Below are positions 1 to 6,931 of a stretch of 32,000 nt of DNA, in pieces. The DNA lies in the NCBI GenBank assembly GCA_026014705.1, contig JAOZHU010000034.1, positions 12,081 through 44,080 on the forward strand. Direction: 5' to 3'. Source of the stretch: Candidatus Bathyarchaeota archaeon (GTDB lineage: Archaea > Thermoproteota > Bathyarchaeia > Bathyarchaeales > Bathycorpusculaceae). The position numbers were made by a program, and so were the translations under genes. The notes beneath the pieces are model-generated. The model was not told the origin of the DNA, did no database searches, and saw only the letters and a list, made by a program, of their open reading frames with translations. The stretch's first letter is position 1. Each line of letters starts with the position of its first letter.

Positions 1-130
1 AAAGATTGCCTACAGAACAAGCAGGTCAAGCGGTTTCAGTTCGCCGTCCACAGGGTCAACCGCACACGCAACCCACAATCAACACAACAACAAACAAAAC
101 AGCACTACAAACTAACAACGCAACGCAGAA

Positions 131-216
131 CTATATAAAAGGGGATATAGACCACTCCGAGCACAACAGCGCCTATTTATAGTTTAAATAAGGGGCTATA
201 AATTTCTCAGCACGCG
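131..216. repeat. Left arm of an imperfect inverted repeat flanking the r-protein operon. It holds two tandem TATA-like/GGGG/CTATA units.
   Basis: 131-170 'ctatataaaaggggatatagaccactccgagcacaacagc' and 173-216 'ctatttatagtttaaataaggggctataaatttctcagcacgcg' both resemble the reverse complement of 3605-3697 ('acgctatttatagtatttaaaagggggctatagacaactcccagcacaaaacacgc'). Confidence 0.55.
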
Positions 217-217
217 T

Positions 218-622
218 TTACTTCAGCGGCACATACATCGAAGACCGAGAAGCACCGATACCAGGTGTACCATGCCGAACAGGCTTATTCGTAACCGCAA
301 ACTCGCCCAGATAATGCCCAATCATCTCAGGCCTTATCTCCATAGCCACAAACTCCTTCCCATTATGCACCATAATCCGAACACCAACCATCTCGGGAAG
401 AATAATCAAATCACGCACATGAGTCTTCAACGTCGCCTCCTTCCCAGCCTTCTGCGCCTCACGCACCACACGCAGCTTCTCCAGCAGAATCCTTTGCTCA
501 GGAGTCAAACCACGCTGCAAACTCCGCCTTTGACGAGCAGGCAACAAACCAATAAACTCATCCATAGACATCTCTAACAAACTCGCCAACGAATGACCAC
601 GATAACTGAAATCCTTCGGCAT
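218..622 (-). CDS. rps19: 30S ribosomal protein uS19 (S19p)
   Basis: 134-aa ORF with the S19/S15 core (...[24 protein letters not shown]...[20 protein letters not shown]...). It follows uL2 as in the conserved L3-L4-L23-L2-S19 order. ATG at 620-622, TAA stop. Confidence 0.95.
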   Translation of the reverse strand: MPKDFSYRGHSLASLLEMSMDEFIGLLPARQRRSLQRGLTPEQRILLEKLRVVREAQKAGKEATLKTHVRDLIILPEMVGVRIMVHNGKEFVAMEIRPEMIGHYLGEFAVTNKPVRHGTPGIGASRSSMYVPLK

Positions 623-670
623 ACCCTACATCACCCTAAACCTAAACTTTAACCTCTATAAACCTTCCCA

Positions 671-1414
671 TCAACGAACAGCACGCTTCTTCTTCTGACC
701 AGGACCACGAGCCGCAATCAAACCCACCTTCTGACCAGGAGGCGCACCATGCGAAGTCGTCGTACACTTACGCGCACTACGCTTACTACTACCATACGGA
801 TGCGCCGCAGCCACCATCGCCCTGCCACGAGTCCTCGGATACTTGTGACCCTTAGCCTTCATCAAATGAAACACCTCACCAGCCTTCAAAAACGGCTTCT
901 CCGTCCGACCACCACCAGCAACCACGCCAACAGTAGCCAAACACAAATCAGAAACATAACGCGTACGACCACTAGGCAAACGAATCATAGCACCCTGCGG
1001 CGTATGCCCCACCACAGTCGCATAAGCCCCAGAAGACTTCGCCAACTTACCACCATCACCAGGCTTCAACTCTAAACCACAAACCAAAGTCCCCTCAGGC
1101 ATCTTACCCAAAGGCAAAACATTACCAACCTCAACCGAAGCCTTACCGCCAAGGCTAACCCGTTGACCCTTAGCTACACCCTCAGCAGCCACCAAATGGC
1201 AACATTCGCCACTGTCAAAGCGCACAAAAGCCAAAGGCGCACCGCGACCAGGATCATGCACTAAATCCTCAACCACACCGCTGAACACATCGTCAACACA
1301 ATCTTTAGGCGCAAACGAACGCGGATACAACGCAGCCGCAACACGCTTGTGAGTCGAAGCCCTGAAAGTCGAAGTACCACGCCCACGCCGCTGAACACGA
1401 ATCCGTCTACCCAT
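671..1414 (-). CDS. rpl2: 50S ribosomal protein uL2
   Basis: 247-aa ORF. N-terminus MGRRIRVQRRGRG and C-terminal ...HPYGSS...GAPPGQKVGLIAARG... are typical of L2. Operon position supports the call. Confidence 0.95.
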   Translation of the reverse strand: MGRRIRVQRRGRGTSTFRASTHKRVAAALYPRSFAPKDCVDDVFSGVVEDLVHDPGRGAPLAFVRFDSGECCHLVAAEGVAKGQRVSLGGKASVEVGNVLPLGKMPEGTLVCGLELKPGDGGKLAKSSGAYATVVGHTPQGAMIRLPSGRTRYVSDLCLATVGVVAGGGRTEKPFLKAGEVFHLMKAKGHKYPRTRGRAMVAAAHPYGSSKRSARKCTTTSHGAPPGQKVGLIAARGPGQKKKRAVR

Positions 1415-1441
1415 ACACCAACATCCTCCATAACAAAACTA

Positions 1442-1702
1442 TTACAGAATCCCCAGCTTGATAGCCACATCCGAAGCCCGAAACTCAGGCTTAAGCCTTA
1501 CAAAAGCCTTCTTCAAACCCTGCGGCGACACCAAAACCCGAACACTCTCCACCTTAACCTCATACAACTCCTCAACCGCACGCTTAACATCAGCCTTACC
1601 AGCCCGCATGTCAACCACAAAAATCAACTTATTATCCCGCTCAACCATCAAACTCGCCGACTCAGTCATCAACGGGTACAAAACAACATCCCCAACATCC
1701 AT
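1442..1702 (-). CDS. rpl23: 50S ribosomal protein uL23
   Basis: L23-like sequence (...VVLYPLMTESASLMVERDNKLIFVVD...KAFVRL...). I moved the start to the ATG at 1700-1702 (MDVGDVV...). It overlaps the rpl4 TGA (1702-1704) by one base (TGATG), which suggests translational coupling. Confidence 0.9.
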   Translation of the reverse strand: MDVGDVVLYPLMTESASLMVERDNKLIFVVDMRAGKADVKRAVEELYEVKVESVRVLVSPQGLKKAFVRLKPEFRASDVAIKLGIL

Positions 1703-2499
1703 CACGCAACCACTCCCACACTGCAAAGCTCACGCAAACGCTCAACCGCACCACGAGTCCAAACCGTCAAACGTCCCGCACAAGCGCCAGGCGCCAACAA
1801 CTCCGCATTCAAATCCCCAACCTTCACCACGCCCACACCAGGCAAATTACCAGCAGCCTCAACCAAACTACAATTCTCAGCAACCACAAACAACGGACCA
1901 ACAGCCTGCTTCATCTTACGCCCACGACGCTTGCCCTTACCAGCACGAATCTTGCGACTCGCACGCACACGCGAAACATCACCCAAAACACCCAAACGCC
2001 CAAGAACAGCCTCAACATCACGCGCCTTCCCCAACGCGCAGAAAGCATCATCCACAACCAAAGGAAACTCCGGAACACCCTCAACCGCATGCCCACGCGA
2101 AACCACAACATCGCGCGCTGCAGTAGCCGCAACCGCAGAAAACAAACCCAAACGAGCCTCCTTACTAGGAATCGCCTTAACAATACGCTTCGCAGAAACA
2201 GGCGGCTGCGGCTGCCGACCCCCAACAGTGCTGGGAGCAAAAGCTGCCCTGCCGCTTCCGCCTTTGATGCGGGGAACACGGGCAATTGCCATTCCTGTGC
2301 CGCGAGATTCGGCGCTTGTTCGTTTGCCAGCCATAGGGTCTCTGCCTTGAGGCTGCAGTCTGCGTGATTGGATAGATAATACGGCTCGTTTGATTACGTC
2401 TGGCCGCAAGGGTGTGGCGAAAACCTGTGGAAGCGTTATTGTGCCTACGGGTTTGCCTTCGAGGTTGTATATGTTGGCGGTTTTTTCTTTAGTGGGCAT
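1702..2499 (-). CDS. rpl4: 50S ribosomal protein uL4
   Basis: 265-aa ORF with the conserved L4 segment ...GRDPMAGKRTSAESRGTGMAIARVPRIKGG.... It lies between rpl3 and rpl23. Confidence 0.92.
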   Translation of the reverse strand: MPTKEKTANIYNLEGKPVGTITLPQVFATPLRPDVIKRAVLSIQSRRLQPQGRDPMAGKRTSAESRGTGMAIARVPRIKGGSGRAAFAPSTVGGRQPQPPVSAKRIVKAIPSKEARLGLFSAVAATAARDVVVSRGHAVEGVPEFPLVVDDAFCALGKARDVEAVLGRLGVLGDVSRVRASRKIRAGKGKRRGRKMKQAVGPLFVVAENCSLVEAAGNLPGVGVVKVGDLNAELLAPGACAGRLTVWTRGAVERLRELCSVGVVA

Positions 2500-2517
2500 T
2501 GTGTGTGTTCTCCATTG

Positions 2518-3531
2518 TTATTTTCCTTGAGGTGAATCCAGCGAGACGTAGGTGATTTGTGGTGGTTCTTCAGGTGTTTCTTTGGGTGGTCTTGCGGGGT
2601 ATCGTAGGCGTACTGTTCGTTTTTCGGTGCCTGGTACGCTGCCTTCAATTAGTATGTAGGGTCCTTTTATTGTGCCGTAGCGGGTGTAGCCGCCTTTGAC
2701 GGTGATTTCTTTGCCGTCTTTGCCGATTTTTAAAATGCGCTTGTTGTATTCTATGCGTTGGTGGTAGCCCATTTGTCCTGCTCTTGGGATGGAGTACATG
2801 AGGTGGTGTGGGTTCCATGGTCCGAGGGTGGCGATGCCGCGTTTTGTTTTTCTGCCTTTATGCTGCAGTTTGGTGACGTGCCAGCGTTTTACGGGTCCTT
2901 GGAAGCCTTTGCCTGTTGTGACTGCGGCGACGTCGATGTATTGACCGTTTTTGAATACTTCTTCGGCTGTGACGGTTTTTCCGAGGAGTTGCTTGGCGTA
3001 TTCTAGTTGTTGCGGGATTGTTGCGCCGCTGATTTGGATTTCGGTGATGTCGGGTTTCTTTTTGGAGAGGCTGGTTTGTTTGGGTTGCGTGGCAGCGATT
3101 ACGCGGAGCACAGCGATGTTTTCGAGTTGGTCGGTGAGTTTTTGGAGCATTTGTTCGGTGTCAAAGTTTTCCGGCAGCACAAGTGCGCGTTCGAGTTCGG
3201 CTGGCGGGTTTTTCATCCATGCCTCGGTTAAATGTTCAAGTCCATACGGTGTTTTTGTGTAGGCTCGTATGCCGAGTATGAGTATGGGTGGTGTTTCGAT
3301 TACTGTGGCGGCACGCATGACTTCTTTGCCGAAGTTCGGGCTGCGTTTTCGGTCTTCTATGGTGAAGATGAAGGTCATGCCTGCTTTGTAACCTGTGAAT
3401 GCTAAAAGCCTAGGTGTATCCGCGGTTATTTGTGGCCAGTAGCGTATGCGGGCTACGGGTTTTTTGGCGCGGTGTCTAGGCAAATATGCGAGTGAACCGT
3501 GTTTTGGGGCGTGTGTTTTTCTATGTCCCAT
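2518..3531 (-). CDS. rpl3: 50S ribosomal protein uL3
   Basis: L3 hallmark N-terminus MGHRKTHAPKHGSLAYLPR and ...TKGKGFQGPVKRWH.... Start moved to the ATG at 3529-3531 (10th codon of the track ORF). TAA stop. Confidence 0.93.
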   Translation of the reverse strand: MGHRKTHAPKHGSLAYLPRHRAKKPVARIRYWPQITADTPRLLAFTGYKAGMTFIFTIEDRKRSPNFGKEVMRAATVIETPPILILGIRAYTKTPYGLEHLTEAWMKNPPAELERALVLPENFDTEQMLQKLTDQLENIAVLRVIAATQPKQTSLSKKKPDITEIQISGATIPQQLEYAKQLLGKTVTAEEVFKNGQYIDVAAVTTGKGFQGPVKRWHVTKLQHKGRKTKRGIATLGPWNPHHLMYSIPRAGQMGYHQRIEYNKRILKIGKDGKEITVKGGYTRYGTIKGPYILIEGSVPGTEKRTVRLRYPARPPKETPEEPPQITYVSLDSPQGK

Positions 3532-3604
3532 GGGTGAATCCTTCGCGCTTCTTAGCAATGAGGATTTAGGGTTATAAATGTTGCCGTTTGTTTTGGGTTT
3601 AGTT

Positions 3605-3697
3605 GCGTGTTTTGTGCTGGGAGTTGTCTATAGCCCCCTTTTAAATACTATAAATAGCGTTGGAAGTGCTGTGCGGGATAGGCCCTCTATAGGTTTC
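3605..3697. repeat. Right arm of the inverted repeat flanking the r-protein operon. It overlaps the presumed rpl3 promoter.
   Basis: Reverse complement of 3605-3660 aligns with 173-216, and 3655-3697 aligns with the reverse complement of 131-181. Roughly two-thirds identity by eye. Contains 'ttttaaatactataaatag'. Confidence 0.55.
3640..3656 (-). promoter_or_regulatory. Candidate TATA box/BRE region of the rpl3 operon
   Basis: The minus strand reads 'ctatttatagtatttaaaaggggg', about 110-130 nt upstream of the rpl3 ATG. This is the only strong A/T box in the upstream intergenic region. The leader length is unusual, so confidence is moderate. Confidence 0.4.
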
Positions 3698-3805
3698 TGC
3701 ATTGAACTGCTAATAGGCTGCAAATATGATGGCGGAGGCTGTTGTCAGAGTAGTTGCCCGTGAGAGTTAGAGTGTTGAACGTTTTTTTGGGAGAGTCAGG
3801 GGATG

Positions 3806-3824
3806 AAAAAGATAAAAAAGAAAA
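3806..3824 (-). terminator. Oligo-T tract downstream of the zinc-ribbon gene (archaeal-type terminator candidate)
   Basis: The minus strand reads 'cttttcttttttatcttttt' about 40 nt after the TAA at 3864-3866. A T7 run on the + strand lies at 3782-3788. Confidence 0.35.
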
Positions 3825-3863
3825 GATTGGTTTGGATTTAAGTGAAGATGTTAGCTTGTAAGC

Positions 3864-4061
3864 TTAGTATCTTCGTGGGGGTCTTCTTTTTGTGTAGCAA
3901 TCTCGGCAGTATACTGGCCTGGTGCCGTCTGGTTTGAAGGGAACTTCGCATTCCTTTCCGCAGTCGGCGCAGGTTGCCTTGTGCATCTCTTTGCGGTACA
4001 TTTGTTCTGTTTCAACTCCTGTGTACTGTTCAGACAAAAATCGCTTTTTGCCAACCACCAC
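3864..4061 (-). CDS. Small zinc-ribbon protein of the CxxC-x17-CxxC type
   Basis: ...CADCGKECEVPFKPDGTRPVYCRDCY... has two CxxC pairs separated by 17 residues, followed by a basic tail. The start is uncertain (GTG at 4061 or ATG at 4001). Confidence 0.6.
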   Translation of the reverse strand: MVVGKKRFLSEQYTGVETEQMYRKEMHKATCADCGKECEVPFKPDGTRPVYCRDCYTKRRPPRRY

Positions 4062-4234
4062 TATAATCGCACACAGTATTAAACCTATGCATACAGAAAC
4101 AACAAACGTCCAACAAGTAACGCGTTCAAATTAGGCGAGGATTATAATTTGCAACATTGTATGCACCTAAGAAGAGTAAAAAGATGGGTTCATTAGTAGA
4201 ATAATCAATGCATGGGTGTCTTCTCTTCGGTGAC

Positions 4235-4852
4235 TCACAGTCTTGTTGCTTTCAGGAGGACTATTGTCTCGAAGAATGGCATAGCGGCTTCTGCAATTGC
4301 ACTTGCAGCGGAATGGCACTCCTCGAATGTTACTATTGTTTTATCTATAGATGCAAGTGTGGATTGCATTAAAAGAATTCGACCTTTTGGCTTCAAATGA
4401 TTTAAGGCTGCTGGAATAAATTGGTCGATGAGTTGTCTGCCTGTTGTGCCTCCTGTCCATGAGCGTTCAATCCAAGAAGCGCCTTCGTTCTCGTCTGTGG
4501 GCATGTAAGGAGCGTTGAAGAGAATGAGGTCGAACTTGGCTTTTTCGTTGAGTGATTTAAACAAGTCTCCCTGTACGAAAATCATTTTACTACGTACATT
4601 ATTGAGTGTTGCATTTTTTATTGCGTAATGTATAGCGTATGGATTAATATCGATTGCGACTACTTCGCTTGCTTTTTTAGCGGCTATTATGCCGAGTATG
4701 CCGCAGCCAGTGCCCATGTCCAGCACCCGTTCGCCTTCTTTCACGTCGAGGTTTTCGGCGAAGAGAAAAGAGTCTTCAGCGGGTTCGTATACGTTTTCAT
4801 CAACCACAAACACAAAATCTTCGAAAAACACACGTTTACGCCGTGAGGGCAT
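4235..4852 (-). CDS. HemK/PrmC-related (Mtq2-like) SAM-dependent methyltransferase
   Basis: SAM motif VLDMGTGCGILGI and a FNAPY (NPPY-type) motif. Start moved to the ATG at 4850-4852 (MPSRRKRVFFEDF...), overlapping the ksgA stop region by 17 nt. Confidence 0.75.
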   Translation of the reverse strand: MPSRRKRVFFEDFVFVVDENVYEPAEDSFLFAENLDVKEGERVLDMGTGCGILGIIAAKKASEVVAIDINPYAIHYAIKNATLNNVRSKMIFVQGDLFKSLNEKAKFDLILFNAPYMPTDENEGASWIERSWTGGTTGRQLIDQFIPAALNHLKPKGRILLMQSTLASIDKTIVTFEECHSAASAIAEAAMPFFETIVLLKATRL

Positions 4853-5654
4853 TAGCCAACGCTCCGAAATCTTTAGGCGCCAACTCGCGCACGCGGCGCT
4901 CACTGAACGGAACGGCGAAAGCGCGCTGTTTAGCTTCTTGCTTAGATAGTTTAAACGTGCTTTTCAGGAAGGGTTCAAGTGCATTAGCGAGCTTCTTGTT
5001 GCGCTGGTTGAACAGCCACCGCACAAGCGTTTTGAAAAACGCTGCGTCCTTCACTTCGAACGGCGCGGCTTGCCAAGGAGTTAAGCGCATGATTATTGAA
5101 TCCACTGCGGGCACAGGATAAAACAGGTCTTTTGGCACCGTGTCAAGCAACTCCACCTGCGCTCTGTGATGAGCCACAACCGTCAGCCATCCGTAAGCGT
5201 CACTGCCCACCGTAGCGACAAGCCGCTCAGCGAACTCCCGCTGCAGAATCAGCACTGCGCACGTAATTGTGCGTTCAAGAAGCCACAGCACTAAACGTGA
5301 GGACAGGTAGTAAGGCGGAATCGCAAGGGCTTTGTTGAACGGTGGCAACTCAGCTGTTAGCATGTCGCCTTCTATCACGGTCACGTTGCCAACGCTGCGG
5401 AGTTGTTCGCGCAATGCTTCGGCAACACGGGGGTCTTTTTCAACCGCTATTACGCGTTTGCATTTGTCTGCCAAGAAGCGCGTTAGGAAGCCGAAGCCTG
5501 CGCCAGCATCCAACACCACGTCCGCCTTGCTCACAGAGGCGTATTCGCTGAGTTGTTCGAAAACTGCGGGCTCAACCATGAAATTCTGCCCTAAAACCCT
5601 GTTCGGGACAATTCGAAACTTTCGAAGCAGCAGCTTCGCTTCATCAACACTCAT
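4836..5654 (-). CDS. ksgA: 16S/18S rRNA dimethyladenosine transferase KsgA/Dim1
   Basis: ...LGQNFMVEP...VLDAGAGFGFLT...AIPPYYLSS... are typical of RsmA/KsgA. Conserved archaeal neighbourhood with DUF655 and rpoF. Confidence 0.9.
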   Translation of the reverse strand: MSVDEAKLLLRKFRIVPNRVLGQNFMVEPAVFEQLSEYASVSKADVVLDAGAGFGFLTRFLADKCKRVIAVEKDPRVAEALREQLRSVGNVTVIEGDMLTAELPPFNKALAIPPYYLSSRLVLWLLERTITCAVLILQREFAERLVATVGSDAYGWLTVVAHHRAQVELLDTVPKDLFYPVPAVDSIIMRLTPWQAAPFEVKDAAFFKTLVRWLFNQRNKKLANALEPFLKSTFKLSKQEAKQRAFAVPFSERRVRELAPKDFGALANALTA

Positions 5655-5656
5655 AG

Positions 5657-6223
5657 CTAATGCTCACGCGTAAACAAGCGGTACTTACTGTCGCCCTCCA
5701 ACTCCTCCATCACACGTTTCGTAATCAGCTTCACAGGGCTAGGCAACTCAGTCCGCTTCTGCAAATCCTCATAACTCTCAAACGGGCGCCGTTCACGCTC
5801 GTTGATGACCTGCCACATGTACTTCTTTCCAATGCCCGGCACCAACTCCAAAGCATGCATCCGCGGCGTAATCGCACGAGCCGTGTTAAAGAAATTCACA
5901 AACCACTCTTCACGGTTCAACGCAATCCGCGTGATGACGCTGGGAAGCTCAGACTTCGCCGCGCCAGTCAACTCTTCGTAGCCTACTCTGCCGATGATGT
6001 ACGTGACTGCTTCACGTGACGCTTTGCCAACGTAGACGCGGTCACCAGCTTTAAGAATTAAGCCTTCCTTCACCAGCGCTTCCAGTAACGTGAAAAACTC
6101 TTCGCCGATGCATTGAATTAGGGCTCCCGCTCGGTAACCTGCCCTTCCAGCAGCCCTCAGCCCCGGGCGACCGTGCGGCAAGAAATCTAGCACGTAAGCG
6201 TACTCCTCGTATCGCTTCTCCAT
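5657..6223 (-). CDS. DUF655-family putative RNA-binding protein
   Basis: N-terminus MEKRYEEYAYVLDFLPHGRP and a C-terminal helix-hairpin-helix-like region. It is the classical partner of rpoF/ksgA in archaeal genomes. TAG stop. Confidence 0.8.
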   Translation of the reverse strand: MEKRYEEYAYVLDFLPHGRPGLRAAGRAGYRAGALIQCIGEEFFTLLEALVKEGLILKAGDRVYVGKASREAVTYIIGRVGYEELTGAAKSELPSVITRIALNREEWFVNFFNTARAITPRMHALELVPGIGKKYMWQVINERERRPFESYEDLQKRTELPSPVKLITKRVMEELEGDSKYRLFTREH

Positions 6224-6285
6224 GGCAGACCCTAATCTCCCTTATCATATCCGCATTCTGCTTAAAAATACTTGGGATAATCCGC

Positions 6286-6627
6286 CTATTCCTTCGCTAC
6301 GCGATGCTCGTTTAAGAGCGCAACGACTGCTTCCAGCTTCGCGGTTTCGATGATTTTGCGTCCGCCAGCCAGAAAAATCCGCAGCTCGTCCACGCTTTCA
6401 GGCGCACAGTTAACCACTTGAACAGCCTCGTCCTCGTCTAACCCGAACTCCTTAACTAAACGCTCCAGAAGCCCGTCAACCGCTGCCTCATCAATCTTGG
6501 CGAACTTGGAAACGTAATCAAACGTGCGCCGCTGATACTGGTCCAACGACTCCTCGCCCATCGCAGCTAACTCTTTCTTAACCTGCGGCAGCGTCAACTT
6601 CTTCTCGCTTAACTCTCTTGTGCTCAT
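6286..6627 (-). CDS. rpoF: DNA-directed RNA polymerase subunit Rpo4 (RpoF)
   Basis: About 113 aa, acidic and helical (...LTLPQVKKEL...QRRTFDYVSKFAKID...). Position between rpl21e and DUF655 fits. I chose the ATG at 6625-6627 rather than the GTG at 6639. TAG stop. Confidence 0.7.
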   Translation of the reverse strand: MSTRELSEKKLTLPQVKKELAAMGEESLDQYQRRTFDYVSKFAKIDEAAVDGLLERLVKEFGLDEDEAVQVVNCAPESVDELRIFLAGGRKIIETAKLEAVVALLNEHRVAKE

Positions 6628-6631
6628 GCGC

Positions 6632-6931
6632 TTAAACACCGCCCTTATACGGCTCTAAATGCTCAGAACGCACAATGATTTCCTTAACCGCGTCGCCCTG
6701 AGGCACGCTCACCACGTAACCGCGACCCCGCTTAGCCTGAACCGTGCCGATTTTACCGTGAAAACGCTTATGAGGCAAACTCTTCTGCACGCTGGAATCA
6801 ATCTTCACAATCACCTGCGAACCAACCTCATACGCTATCAACAGTTTACCAAGTTTCGGCTTACCCCTCTCCCTCGGCGCCTTCGTAGCTAACCGACGCG
6901 AACCACGCCTGTAACCCTTCGACTTCTTCAC
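6632..6931 (-). CDS. rpl21e: 50S ribosomal protein eL21 (L21e)
   Basis: MKKSKGYRRGSR...HKRFHGKIGTV...RGRGYVV... are typical of L21e. The GTG start at 6929-6931 overlaps the pus10 TGA (GTGA). Confidence 0.9.
   Translation of the reverse strand: MKKSKGYRRGSRRLATKAPRERGKPKLGKLLIAYEVGSQVIVKIDSSVQKSLPHKRFHGKIGTVQAKRGRGYVVSVPQGDAVKEIIVRSEHLEPYKGGV

Noticed and set aside
2200-2300. Interpreting the A+C to G+T strand switch at about 2240 as a chromosomal replication origin.
   Set aside because: It lies inside the rpl4 coding sequence. There is no AT-rich unwinding element, ORB-like repeat or orc1/cdc6 gene nearby. Further sign changes occur within a few kb (about 4790 and about 10405), which is incompatible with real replicon boundaries.
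1349-2350. A 333-aa + strand ORF, plus similar ORFs at 272-577, 749-1075, 1458-2126 and 2089-2367, all antisense to the ribosomal protein genes.
   Set aside because: The products are low-complexity Pro/Thr/Ser/His/Gln/Arg-rich proteins that overlap unmistakable r-protein genes. The + strand here is so poor in T and G that stop codons are rare, so long spurious frames are expected.
3720-3790. A possible C/D-box sRNA (aUGAUGg ... guGAGAg ... uuGA) in the rpl3 upstream spacer.
   Set aside because: No canonical CUGA D or D' boxes at the required spacing, and the C' box is degenerate. The match is too weak to report as an RNA gene.
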